Below, one piece after another: positions 11,991 to 24,100 of a DNA stretch of 64,000 nt (position 1 is its first letter; each line of letters opens with the position of its first letter). This DNA comes from Takakia lepidozioides (lineage: Eukaryota > Plantae > Bryophyta): NCBI GenBank assembly GCA_030704615.1, contig CM060731.1:72912001-72976000 (forward strand). The letters are read 5' to 3'. The translations under genes and the position numbers were made by a program. The notes beneath the pieces were generated by a model. It saw only the letters and a list, made by a program, of their open reading frames with translations. It did not search any database and was not told the origin of the DNA.

Positions 11991-13171
11991 AGAGGTTTCA
12001 AGCACCGTTCTTTCCAGATGAATTTTTTTGGATTCACTAATATGTGCTTCATGTTGTCTTGTGTGTAGACCCGCCTTTTTGAGGCCGTCTGCCTCATCAG
12101 AGTGCACCCTGCTTCAACTCCCACAGCAGTGAAGGAGTTCAGGCTTCATGGGGGAGGTTCTTTCATCAACGATAAGTTCGATCCAGTGGTGGACGATATG
12201 CACTACAATTACGTGGATTCCAATGTGTGCTTGCGAAAGTCCAACTCCACACCATGGAGAGGGGCCAAGGAGAAGAGCCCAGCATTTATTCAAACAATTG
12301 TGGAGACTTGCTCCCATCCGGGGGCGCGTATCGTGGACCTCACTCTTGGCACAGGTTTCACCCCTAACCTGCTGCGGTGTTTTCTTCTTGGTGCAAAATT
12401 TGTTTATATGTGTCCTGAGAGAACTCTGTCTTGCAGGAGCTTCGTACCATGCTTGCAAGGCAGCGGGCAGGCATTTGTTTGGTATGGAAGGGGATGCGGA
12501 CATTTTCAATGACCTCCTCCATAACTTGGAAGCGCCAGCGCCGGCACCTGCCGCCCAACAACAGGAGGGTATAGTGCATGTGGAAATCAACGAAGGGGAC
12601 GACAAAGTCTCGCATGTGAGTAAATTGTTTTTCTGTAAGCATCCGATTTCTCCCGCAAAAATGGACCCCCCTTTCCCATTAATGGTGGCTAATGCAATTG
12701 TGGATCTTGTGGTGGCAGGATATTGGAAGCTATTCCTTTGGTCGACGTCTCTTTTATTCACAGTGACTTGTGGTGCAGCCCTCCACGTTCATACATCCTA
12801 CCCGACTACGCGGATGCCATTGCTCATCAACAGAGTTTCATGTCATCTCCCTCATGTGCTCGAAAGCACAACAGGCACCTCGGAGCTCAGGTTTACGTCG
12901 ATGATACTGCACAAGTTTCAGGGGATAGTTCTAGTGACTGAAATGCAAATTTCATCATTTTGGGGGGTCTCGAGATGTTCACAGTTTTAGACATTTTGTG
13001 TCCCTCCATAACTTTGTAATAAAAATTGTGCCTGTTCGTTGTAATGTCGTTAAAAGATGGTTTCTCATTTTCGTGCCGTGTATGCATTTACAACAATGGC
13101 TTCTATGCACTTCATATAGTGGATAGTTATATCCTGGCTTGTAGGCTTTGATTGTAATGAACAGCAAATGG

Positions 13172-13408
13172 TTGGTTATGGGTCAAAGAAGAAGACAAGG
13201 CACCTAGGGATATGATGTATGTATTGACTCTCGGGTCCAACGCAAGTTAAAAGGTAGCCTCCTGATGCCTAACATTGGTTATGGGTCAAACAAGAATACA
13301 AGGCGCCTAAGGGATGATTTGTGGACTCTCGGGTTCAACGCAAGTTCAAGGGCAGCATCCTGATGCGTAACATTGGTTATGGTTCAAACAAGAAGACAGT
13401 GCACCTAG
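13172..13408. repeat. ~100-bp tandem repeat, ~2.4 copies
   Basis: Units starting TTGGTTATGG(G/T)TCAAA at ~13172, 13275, 13373. Confidence 0.85.
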
Positions 13409-14322
13409 TCAATTTTTGTTACACAATATTGTAAGACCCGGAATTCCTCCTCATGCACAAACGAGAGCCAAATCATTTTGAATGTCGTTGTATAATGGTC
13501 CTGATGACAAAACCATGAAAGTTGCAATACTCTCGTAACATACAGGTGCACATTTCTACCTCATTGGCAGGGGCCGCAATAAGCATTGGAGTCCAAACCA
13601 TGTTTAGTATGGTCAGGTGGTGCGTTGCAGGAAGTGTAGTGCTGAAATGGCTCGCAATGTGTCGACACTGAAGATGACAACTAAAGAAGAGCGTGTTGCA
13701 CACCAGATTGTTGTAGTAAGCACTCGGACAAAGTCGCAGCATGAAAGATCACTCTCACATCTGCTGTGTTGTCTTATTCTACGTTGCTGTCATCTGTCTA
13801 CCTTTCCCCAAATGCCAGACATTCATTAAATCTTATCAAGTGCTTCGGGACGGATTTTAGGCACAATTTCTAATGTTTGTGCAAACGACATTGATCGTTG
13901 TGCTTGGTTTTCATAAATGTTAGAATGACATTCTCGCTCAACATTCATCCACTCTATCATCCATTCACGGTATTTCATCCACATTTGTCCACAACTATTC
14001 ATCCCCATTCATCCATATTAGCAGTGTTCCATCCACATTGGCTCTGCTTCATCCTCATAAACTCATCCACAACCATTGTACACTGATGACAACAACGTAA
14101 AATACCACATAAGCATGACATTAAATCATCTGAGGACCATTGTAAACTGATGACCTGGACATTAATACATCCACAACCATTTCAGTCTCTACAAACACTA
14201 TCATTTTGTGCACCTCGCCTCGTCGCCCACACATGGTTCCATATCTGCCAAATGCGCAATCCGCGGCTATAGGCCCCCATTTGCCTGTTCAGTCTGCGGT
14301 TATAGGGCCATGCCTATGAAAA

Positions 14323-14466
14323 TGACGTGGCATGACGTGACGTGGCGTCGGGCACGCTGGTGACGTCGGCTGACGTGGCGTCAAACCCGTCAGCCAACGT
14401 GGCAATAACTGATGACGTGGCATGAGCCCGCCTAGGCTCACGCGCTCTCACGCTCACGCTCACGTG
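14323..14466. promoter_or_regulatory. Dense cluster of (TG)ACGTGGC / CACGCT motifs upstream of the transposase relic
   Basis: Repeated TGACGTGGC, TGACGTC and CTCACGCT; a related cluster lies at 16576-16690. Function inferred. Confidence 0.45.
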
Positions 14467-14477
14467 GAAGCATCCCC

Positions 14478-16196
14478 CTGGAGAAACATACAAAGTCGGA
14501 CATCAAACCAGAGATGCAGACACATCACCGTAAATGTGCAAAGAGTACAAAGATGCTAGAACAATGAAGGAGGCGGACACTTTGTTCCAGACAATTCGTG
14601 CCTGGTGGTTCTCTTTTGGAGTTGCATCGCTTGAGAGTATGAGAGCATTGGAAGATTGGCTGGCGTTTTGGCACTTTCGGTAAAGACAGTGGGAAGCAGC
14701 CATGACAATGGTGCGAGGCTTCTATTGCTTGTTTTATTCATACATTTACTTTCCAAATTTTGCTCTCCTTGCTTTCTTTATGTTGTTCCCTGTGCACTGT
14801 TCTGAAGTGTGGTTCTCCACTTTGCAGAACATGTCCATTGAGGAAATGGCGGACATGCCATCTTGCAATTTGGCAGAGATTGTGCAAAAAGGCATGGTTG
14901 CAACAGTCTGGGAAACGAGGTCGGGATTTGTATGTGGCAACAACAGATGATCTGATACGTGCCTTGCAACAACAAACCAGATACCGTGATTTCTTGCGAG
15001 GTGGGGTTGGTGGCAAGGGTCCGGACAAATTAGAGTTGATGTTGCGTACTGCAAACAGATCTGGGGATCCAAGCAAGATAGCACGGGCGGTGAGCATGTA
15101 TGCCCAGGGAACGCCACTTGTTTCTAGAGTTCCACAACTTGAAGGGTGTAAGAGGAAATTGAACACCCCACCTGGTTCGGATTCTGATTCGCACAAGGCA
15201 GACCGTGATAACTTATCGAAGCCTCGTGTTCCTCTGCATGACAGATCCATGTCCGGAACCTCCATTCTGGAGGAACCTCCGACACGACGGCAGGCTCCAG
15301 CATCAAACAATGCCACTGAAATGGTGCAGGAGAGAAACTGCCCCCTTGATGTGTTGGAGTCCGCATGCCCCGACCACGTTTGGCACATAGAACACACAAG
15401 TGCAGGGTCTCGTGTGCAATATACAACGATCAGGGCAACTAATTTCAAGAAGTGCACTTCATCTATATCCAGAGGTGGTGCCTGGACTCCTGCTCCGACT
15501 TTCACGGGTTTGATGCATCCATACGGCCAACCAGCAGCCAAGAACCACAAGTTCTAGTTCTTCGCAGATGATTGTGGTAGATGTGTGCATGGAACTGTGC
15601 GTCCTTCCGTGGTGATGAGGCCAGCTCCTCCAACCGTTTGGCCCGTCAAGGTTGGAACACATCTCACAAGTCAGGAGATTGCAATGCTGGAGGAGGCAGA
15701 CTTTTCCCTTGCGAGACAACCCCAACTGCATGCATGTGCTTCTACTTCTGCGTCTTCTCGGGTCCCTCCGGCAAATCCTCACTTGTAGCCAACCAAACGA
15801 GATGGAAAGCTGGTTCGGCGTGTCACTCCAACCGCTGAACACTTCGGCAAAGTGGAGTCCGCAAGAATGCTCCAAGCTCGTGTTGCAAGCACCACGGAAG
15901 TGCCCGATCCAGGATATGGTCGGGTGTACATAATTATCACTTTGACATCTGCTATTCATGACAGGGCCTACGACATCACGGTTTCCAATTTCCCCAATTG
16001 CATATGTCCTGATTTTGTGAATATGCTATCAACCAGTTTGGGCAAGAGAGGTAAATTCATACCCTGCAAAAATTTGTATTTCATATTTTTGAAGAGGATG
16101 GTTTGCGATCCCAAACGTGACAACTTCATTCACCAGGCCACTCTAAGTTTCAACGAGGTCGATACTCTATTGCAGCGGGATACAACACATAGGTAG
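14478..16196 (+). pseudogene. 5'-truncated MULE-like DDE transposase with C-terminal SWIM zinc finger
   Basis: LEKHTK..CKEYKDA..IRAWW..WLAFWHFR*RQW, intron 14711-14827, then PSCNLAEIV-KAWLQQSG (resembles the N-x-x-E catalytic Glu motif). One frame continues through TAG stops at 15555 and 15786 to YDITVSNFPNCICPDF..FIPCKNLYFIF (SWIM CxC..CxH with H to N). Confidence 0.65.
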
Positions 16197-17189
16197 CATC
16201 AACTATGCAATGTGGTATGTGGACGACCATGCTATGAAATGTGCAATTTGCAACATTGTCATGGAAATTCAATTCAAATCAATTCGTTTGCAACATCGTC
16301 GACGGTGCAATGATATGGCGTCCCTTATCCCTCCATTATGCTTCCTACTATACTGAGTGACAACTTTTAAAAGCACATGCATCATTGCACACACTTTGTG
16401 AGGATATTTTCTCGTCCTTGTAATTGTAAAAGTGAAACAAACATTTATAATTGCATAATGTTGGATGCTACAATTGTAGGCCTCATGGTAGTCTTGATTG
16501 TATTCAGCCAAGGATTCCCTACATTAATGCCACGGTCATAGGACCATCTTCGGTCATAGGTGGCGCATGTTCATGCTGACATGGCAGATGATGGCGCAGT
16601 GCCACGTCAACATTTGCCGCCATATCAGCCTACTGACATCACGCTCACGTCACGTCAGCTGGCGTGAGCGTATGCTCGCGCGCTCACACCATTGCGTCGT
16701 TGGAGTGCATGGATTTGTGTATTCCAATTGCAGCTCCTCCCCGAGCTGGTTGATACGGTAAGGCGCGTCGTCTGGTGTATTTTTCTGGTGAAGGGGGGCT
16801 ATTGTATATCAAGTGATATTTATGTAATATCTTATTTATGTACATATTAGACGTATGCGATTGGAGTTTGGTTTCTTGCAGTAGTATAATGCACTACAAC
16901 AGATCGAGGTATATATGACTGTATATATGACTATCCCGTAGTCATAAACGGTACATATGACTTCTTTGACTTTAAGTCGTGCAAACCAAGTCAATACAAT
17001 GAGTACAGTATGGTTGGTCATGGATGACTGCAATCAGATGAACCAAGTGATACATCTCACTGTCATGTGGCAGTCATACGTACTTCTACCATACATGACT
17101 TAGTGTGTTGCTACAAACTGTACACGTGTCTCTTTTTAATAAGTCCAGGAGGTTTTGTGGATGTGCACCATATGGCGTCTCCCGAAACT

Positions 17190-17880
17190 GCCACGTGGCA
17201 TATCCATGAGGAAGTCCTAGAGTCATTATCCTGACTACAAACATGCTAATATCTAAACACGTGGCATATAATGAGGAGGTCTTGCAGTCATTGTCCTAAC
17301 TACAAACATCCTGTTATGTAGACACGCAGCATCATATGAGGGATTTGTTAAATGTATTTAACAGTCAGAACCACGACTATGCTTATAATAACTCGTTGCC
17401 AAGTGTTTTATGGTCGATATGACACGTGTCAATGCATGATTGAAGGTTGTTTAATGATGTTAAAGTGATATTGCTTACTACCTATAGTAGAACCCTAGTC
17501 ATGCACATGTCTTTCTGTAATCTATACTTCTACTGCTATAGTGATTCTACCTACTGCAGCTTACTACCTATACTAGAACAAATCAATGCTTCATTCACAG
17601 GAAAGAATCACAGAAAAGAACAAAGTGAGAAAGTGCAAAGGACATAACATAGGCACTTAAAATGTAAAAAGAGCTTGTCTTAAACAATTGCCAGTCAAAT
17701 TTACAAAATAGCACAAGAGTCCCAAAATCTAGCTCCTCAAACAATAGTTTGACAAAGTGCAAAGGACACTATATAGGCACTGAAGATAGAAGCAGAGTAA
17801 CAAGATATTGTCTTAAACAACTATCACTCAGATTTACAAAATTGCAGTACAATCCCAAAATCAGGCTCCTCAAAACAGTT
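17190..17880. repeat. Two short tandem duplications (~63-bp and ~125-bp units)
   Basis: CACGTGGCATAT..GAGGA..GTCATT..ACTACAAACAT about 2.3 copies (17190-17345); AAAGTGCAAAGGACA..TTTACAAAAT..CCCAAAATC..CTCCTCAAA twice (17628-17880). Confidence 0.75.
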
Positions 17881-18029
17881 TAAGGGGGGCAGCATAACAT
17901 ACATGTTGCCCTCATGTTGCCCTCACAGTGGCTTTATTTAAAATTTGCTCCTTCTCTGAACAATATATGAACCTATAGATTTCCCTCTCCATGCCCTGCC
18001 TTGCCCTGCACTTTCTCTCCCTCTCTCTC

Positions 18030-21000
18030 TTGGCATGGATAACTGAAGGAGCAGGGGTGGACTAGTGTGGGTTCAGATTCGTCCGACAGAGCTGGATTTG
18101 AAGCACAAAGCTACGTAATATGTCGATTTGCTGCCCTGCCCCCTTTAATTAAACCGATGAGACATTTTAGCATAAAGATGAAAAAGCGTGGAAACTGGTG
18201 GGTAGGTGCACGTTCACCTTATCCAAACTGGATTTAAGCCATACATTTTTTTATGCAACGCCTGCCTCGTCAACATGTATGTTAAGTGCGGGAGCATCGC
18301 TGAATACTCACCAAATGCGGGAGCTCTCTGCTGGTGGCTGGCTGGCTGCTGCGGCGGCAGCGGCGGCCAGCTTGCTCCAGCTCGTGAGCGACCTGCCAGC
18401 CACCCCCCCCAAACAGTGAGCACACCACTGGCTACCCTCTCCCTGTCCTTGCCTCTCCCTCTCCCTGCCGCGCCCTCCCTCTCCCTTTCTCTTGGCAGGA
18501 ATAGCTGAAGGAGCAGGGATGGAATGTGGGTTCAAGAGGGCTGCATTTCAAGCACAAAACTACCTATGATTCTTTGCCCTGCCCCCTATAAACCAAGAAA
18601 ACAATTCAGTAGATTCAGATACTTAGCTTTGTCTCTTGTATGAGTAGCTTGGAATCTGGTGGGCAAGTTAAGTGAAGGAGCATTGTTGCTGCAGCTTCCA
18701 GTTGACCATCTACCCATGCAGGTTTCTTGTAGCTATCCTTCCACAGGGAATGATAGGTAATCTGGAGCTTGAAATCTGGCCCTCTTGGATGAATCTGGAC
18801 CCACACTCTATGCCCGTTCCTTCAGCTATCCATGCCTCTGCACAAATCATGCATACATCTTGCCTTGTTGCTAGCAGCTAGCAATGACAGCCTAGAAATT
18901 TTCCAGCAAACACCCCAACCATATTTATCACACAAGTTCCTATGCTGACTTGCGTATGCTTCCAGGAGGTATTCACCTTTTTGCCTCGATTGTTCCCACC
19001 ATTGACTTGGGGTCGGAAACGTGTTCATTTTAGAGCTTCTCCTCGTCTCTGTTATCTGTTTTTCGATATTTTCCTGTTGCCACATTGGCAGTAACATGTC
19101 AAAATCACTCCAAAACCACCATAGATCCACCAACAAGCTAAGTTGCATAATTCAACATGAAAATTTAGGGATGACTCTGATAACAGGGGAAACAGGCTGA
19201 AATGTGTTGAAGAAGGTGCCTTTGGTAGCGGTGCCTGGTTCTATCAATTGTGCTGCTGTCACTGCTGTTTCCAGTTGACCATCTACCCATGGAGGTTTCT
19301 TGTAGCTATTGATCCACGGGGAATTAGAAGTAATCTCGTGTTTGAAATCCGGGCCTCTTGGATGAATCTGGACCCACACTTTATCCCTGATCCTTCAGCT
19401 ATCCCTGCATGTGTACAAATCAGGCATACATCCTTGCCTTGGTGCTAGCAGCTAACACTGACGGTGTGGAGTTCTTCCAGAAAACACCCCAACCCTACTT
19501 ATCACACTAGTTCCAAATCTGAATGCACCTGCTTCTCTCTATAATCCAACATGCATTCACCTTTTCTGGAGATGCCAGGCTTACACACGCATTGCAAACA
19601 CAAACAAACGTAATGTGGTTGGGCTTCACCCCTTCCTGCATCATTTGCTCATATGTCTCAAAAGCCTCCATCCCACAACCCTGCTGTGCATGTCCTACGA
19701 CCATTGCGTGCCACAACACCACATCATATTCAGCCATAATGTCAAACACCCCCTTTTCATGTTCAATACTCCCACATTTGGCATACATATCCAGCTTTGC
19801 AGTGTTCCGAATGACATTTGGTACAATTCCAGCTTTGACAATGTGACCATGGACCTCTTTGCCATTTTCCGGGGCTGCCAGGCTTGCACATGCATTGCGA
19901 ACGCCAACAAAGGTGATCTGGTTGGGCTTCACCCCTTCCTGCATCATTTGCTCATAGGTCTCCAAAGCCTCCATCCCATGACCCTGCTGTGCATATCCTA
20001 CGATCATCGCGCTTCATGACACCACATCACGTTCAGCCATTTTGTCAAACACTGCCTTTGCATCTTCAATGCACCCAAATTTGGCAACATGTCCACCAGG
20101 GCAGTGTTCAGAATGACATCTGGTACAATTCAAGCTTTGACGATGTCAGCATGGACCTCTTTATCCTTTTCCAAGGCTGCCAGGCTCGCACACACATTGC
20201 AAACGCAAATGTCAAATGTGATGCGGTCGGGCTTCACCCCTTCCAACATCATTTGCTCATAGGTCTCCAAAGCATTCCTACCACACCCATGCTTGGTAAA
20301 TCCTGCCAACATTATATTCCACGTGATCAAAGACCGTTGAGAGATTCTGTTGAACACTTGGTGAGCATAGATGTACACCAGGGGAATGTTCATAATGACA
20401 TCTGGTACAATTCCAGCTTTGATAATGTCAACCATGAACCTCTTTGACCATTCCCAGGGCTGCTAGGCTCGCATATGCATATTATAAACACAAATGAACA
20501 TGACCTGGTCTGGCTTCATCCCTTCCCACATCATTTGCTCTTAGGTTTCCAAAGCCTTAATCCCATACGCATGCTGCACATACCTTGCAATCATGGCACT
20601 CCAAAACACCAAATCTCGTTCAGCCATATTGTCGAACTCTCCCTTCGCATCAGGCTTGCTACACCCACATTTGGCATACTGCATGTCCACCAGGTCAATG
20701 TTCAGAATGACATCTGGTACAAATCCAGCTTGATGATGTCACCATGGACCTCTTTCCCTCCTGAGCTCCCAAGCTTGCACACACATTGCAAACACAAACA
20801 AACGTGATGTGGTTGGGCTTCACCCCTTCGCGCAGCAGTTGCTCATAGGTCTCCAAAGCATTCCTACCACACCCATGCTTGGTAACTCCTAATGTCATTC
20901 TGAACAATACCCTCGTGGACATGTATGAAGGGAGTGTTCGACAGTATGGCTGAACAAGATGTGGGTGTCGTGGAGTGCAGTAATTGCAGGATATGCACAG

Positions 21001-21175
21001 CAAGGGCGTGGGATGGAGGCTTTTGAGAACTATGAGCAAATGATGTGCGAAGGGGTGAAGCCCAACCAAATCACATTTGTTTGTGTTGCAATGCGTGTGC
21101 AAGCCTGGGAGCTCTGGGAAAGGGGAAAGAGGTCCATGGTGACATCGTCAAAGCTGGAATTGTACCAGATGTGCA
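18030..21175 (-). pseudogene. Cluster of fragmented PLS-class PPR gene copies in both orientations
   Basis: Repeated W-AMI-GYAQQG-G-EA-E-YEQM--EGVKPN-ITFV and LDMYAKCGSIE motifs on the minus strand (19507-20890) and plus strand (18200-18300, 20900-21175), with frameshifts. A flanking segment recurs at 18035, 18500 (+) and 18690, 19260 (-). Confidence 0.85.
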
Positions 21176-24100
21176 TAAACGAGGGTGGCCCTCGGCAGTG
21201 ACCACTACAGCAGATCAAGGGAGCAAGCTCCAAAGATCAAAATTTCTTTGAATAAAAATCAATACAAATATATGCGTAACTAGCCTACCAGCCTACCACA
21301 ACTAGACAATCTACTTTGAGGGCTTGTTGACCATTCAAATTTGATGTAGTTGCTGCCTTGTTTCAGGCTAAGTGAATGGTACAGTGCCCAATGTTATGAA
21401 CCAGGGATCTGTAGCCATATGAGCTCATTCACATAAGCTCAAAATTAGCAAGGAGCAGTGCATACCTTTTCACCTCTAGGAGGTGGCGGAACCCGTGCAG
21501 CCATGTAGAATCTACCCCTTCCACCTCCTCCTCGTCCTCTCCCTGCACCTGATCCTGGATTGTCATCTTCCTGGGCAGGTACAGATTTCCCCTTCCCTCT
21601 TCCCCCTGGCTTTTTTGGTGATGGCTCAAGAGCCTCTGTGCCTGAGCTGCATATTGGGTCAATTAGGTCATTCAAACACCGTGTCTTCGGTGGTATTGTT
21701 TTCTTCTGTCTCCTGGAATCTGCTCCCAGACCACCAAAAACCAAGACCCCAAATCAGACAGCAAAGAGGGCTTACCAATGGCTGCATGGATCTTTGTACA
21801 CAAAGGGCCCTTCTCAAGGAACAAATTCTCCTTTTCCTCTTGCACAACTTTGCGCATGGCCTCTGTGGTACAACTCTCCTTGTTTGGTACTGCCAATAAT
21901 TGTTCCTCCTCTTCCTGCAAGAAGTGAAACCCATACAAGAAGTGAAACAACAAAGACATTGATACACCTCTGTAGCTACATAGAGACCCGAGACTGGTGC
22001 TTGCTCTTCTTTCGTAGCAGCCACCTCCTATCCACCTCATTTACAACCAACCACATGACCACATCCTGGTCTCACACAGTCCACCTATTTCCACACTTTC
22101 TGGTCGATCTCCTTCACATTCTCGCCAACTTATCTCTCTCAGCAGATCTGACCAGGAACTCACTCCACAAGGACTACAGCTCTTAGTCTCTGGAATTCAT
22201 CACTGCAGCCTGCCAATGCTAACACATACACCCCAACGAATGGCGCCATCCAGCCAACCCTGCATGCCGCTATGACCTAGACAATAGATGCATGAGAGCT
22301 TCATGACACTGCAGATGTGAGAAAGGCTCACAACAGTAACCCCAAGCCTACATTGTGGAAGACACTCGGAATGCAAACAGCCCGACTGCTCGTCTAACAG
22401 AATTCAAACCGTGACCCAAATCTAAATTGAAGACAGATCTTTAACACTTAGCATATGCATCCCCACCCCAGTGGCTGTAAGAAGTCACTGGCAGCCAAAT
22501 CTCTTAAGTACAGGCAGACTGTCAGCTGATGCATCTGCATCGTGGTTCTCCCAGACGTCAACCCTGCACTGCCCATACTCGCACATGCTCCAGATACCCC
22601 AAAGTGGCTGCGTTTATCTTGCTTTAACAAAAATTGTCATCTCCAGAGCAGCCTCCTCACATCGAGTTGACTAAAACCTCAACTTCTCTCCACGTCCCAG
22701 CTCATCACTAGCTCCTGTCCACTACTAACAAGAAAAAGAAGAGAATCAACTAAAACCTAAACTCATCTCTCGGCTTGATACTACTAAGAAGGAGAAAAAA
22801 AAGGCCAAAAAGAGGCCAAGTCCCAACCCTCTAATGGGCAACCCTATAAGCAATTTTTAAATTTTTTTAAACCTTTTGGTTACCAAGCTTGCACTAGAAG
22901 TCATTCCGGCGACTATTTGGTGGCAAGCTCGCGCTGGTCAACCATCCTTGACCACCCTTCCCTCTAGTGCGGAGCCATACAGTCATGACAACGTCTATCA
23001 AAGTAGTCGCCCAGAGGACTACGTAGTCACGTAGTCATTTCAACGACTACGTGAAGTCCCATTTGGTCCAAAAATATAGGGAAGTCATGGTCAAAGTCAG
23101 GAAAACCATGACTACCGTGCCTCGGCAGTCAAATATACCGCGATCTGTTGTAGTGATGTGTGGGGGATTTGGCTCTTGGAGTATAAGTGATAGGGTGGGG
23201 AGCTGACATTCCATGTGAGACATATTAGGGGCTGATCTAGTAGGTAGTCTTGCTCATCAGGAGGAGGGTTGGTTGGAGGCAGGGGTATAGCTAGTGGTGA
23301 GTTTGGTGTGGTGTCAGCAAGACGAACCGACGTGGTTGGTTGTGGTGTATGTTTGGGTGTGCAAAAACCAGGCAGACATGTGAGGGTGTTTAGTGTGGCA
23401 GAGAGGATCTCCGTTGATATGAAAGGAAACTTCATGGTGATATGTTGTAGGGTATGGCAAGATGTGGGTGAGAGAGATAACAGATACGTTGTGAGTAGTT
23501 GGTGAATTTGGCCAGGTGGAGCTTGGAGGAGATCAAGAGAGTTGTGAAGGCAGTTGAGGGGGTGTGGCAGGGCTTTATATTGTGATGGGTATTCAGGGAG
23601 TGTTTGGCGTTTTGATAGTGTGGATAGTACGTGTGTCTCCAGACTAATTTGTTAGGGAGGGTCGGCAAGAGAGCATTGTCGGTATTATACCCCGATTCAT
23701 GATCTTGCCTATTGTCACTTGTAGTCCATGTTGATGTGTTTTTGTTGCTTTGGATGGGGCTGTTAAATGGTTTTAGTTGTTTATTGTGGTCAAAACAGTG
23801 AGTGATTGCGGGTATGAGCTTGTGCCATGGTGGTGCCCAGCAATTGCAGTAAGATAGTATTGTATGTTGCATATTTGTGACAAAGGTCGACCAAGAATTG
23901 GATGTAGTTATTGGTGCTAGCTGTAGGAACGTGGCTGGTGAATCATAAGGTAGTATGTGGCTTGGGGGGAGGGGCAGAAGTAGTTGAGGGAGAAGGTTCA
24001 GTAATTTAGAGTTGTTGGGGCGCCCAGTCAGGCAGAACAATAGTGATATGAATGCGTCAAAGTCCACCTCTGGAATGTGGTGGTATTGACATAGTGTTAC

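Larger units (their letters stand above)
765..12941 (+). pseudogene. Multi-exon ParB/Srx-like + beta-class amino (N6A/N4C) DNA methyltransferase fusion gene, inactivated
   Basis: Phase-consistent GT-AG exons: 765-1061, 1822-2417, 2513-2705, 9752-~10201 (donor degenerate), 10276-10499, 10888-11488, 11572-11909, 12069-12354, 12437-12615; last exon uncertain, to ~12941. Exon 2 reads IPLCRL..VRP..DIQKLEHDF..G..FYV...FHVWDDNHRLLAW (ParB-like DGxHR). Exon 7 has MVIVDIPDG (motif IV-like). Exons 8-9 read KEKSPAFIQTIVETCSHPGARIVDLTLGTG/ASYHACKAAGRHLFGME (motifs X-I-II). In-frame stops at 2182, 2236, 9932, 10420, 11069; frameshift near 11840. Confidence 0.8.

Noticed and set aside
765-12941. Bacterial or phage contamination as the source of the ParB-MTase
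   Set aside because: The gene has spliceosomal introns, hosts a plant chromovirus and is contiguous with plant genes.
12148-12990. 280-aa ORF as a stand-alone gene
   Set aside because: Only 12437-12615 is in the MTase frame; the rest reads through introns and off-frame exon sequence.
21429-22186. Overlapping 100-200 aa ORFs as genes
   Set aside because: No recognisable motifs or splice structure; probably decayed repeat sequence.
22892-23110. CACTA transposon starting CACTAGAAG with GACTAC/GTAGTC subterminal repeats
   Set aside because: No convincing partner TIR with a 3-bp TSD and no transposase; at most an isolated end.
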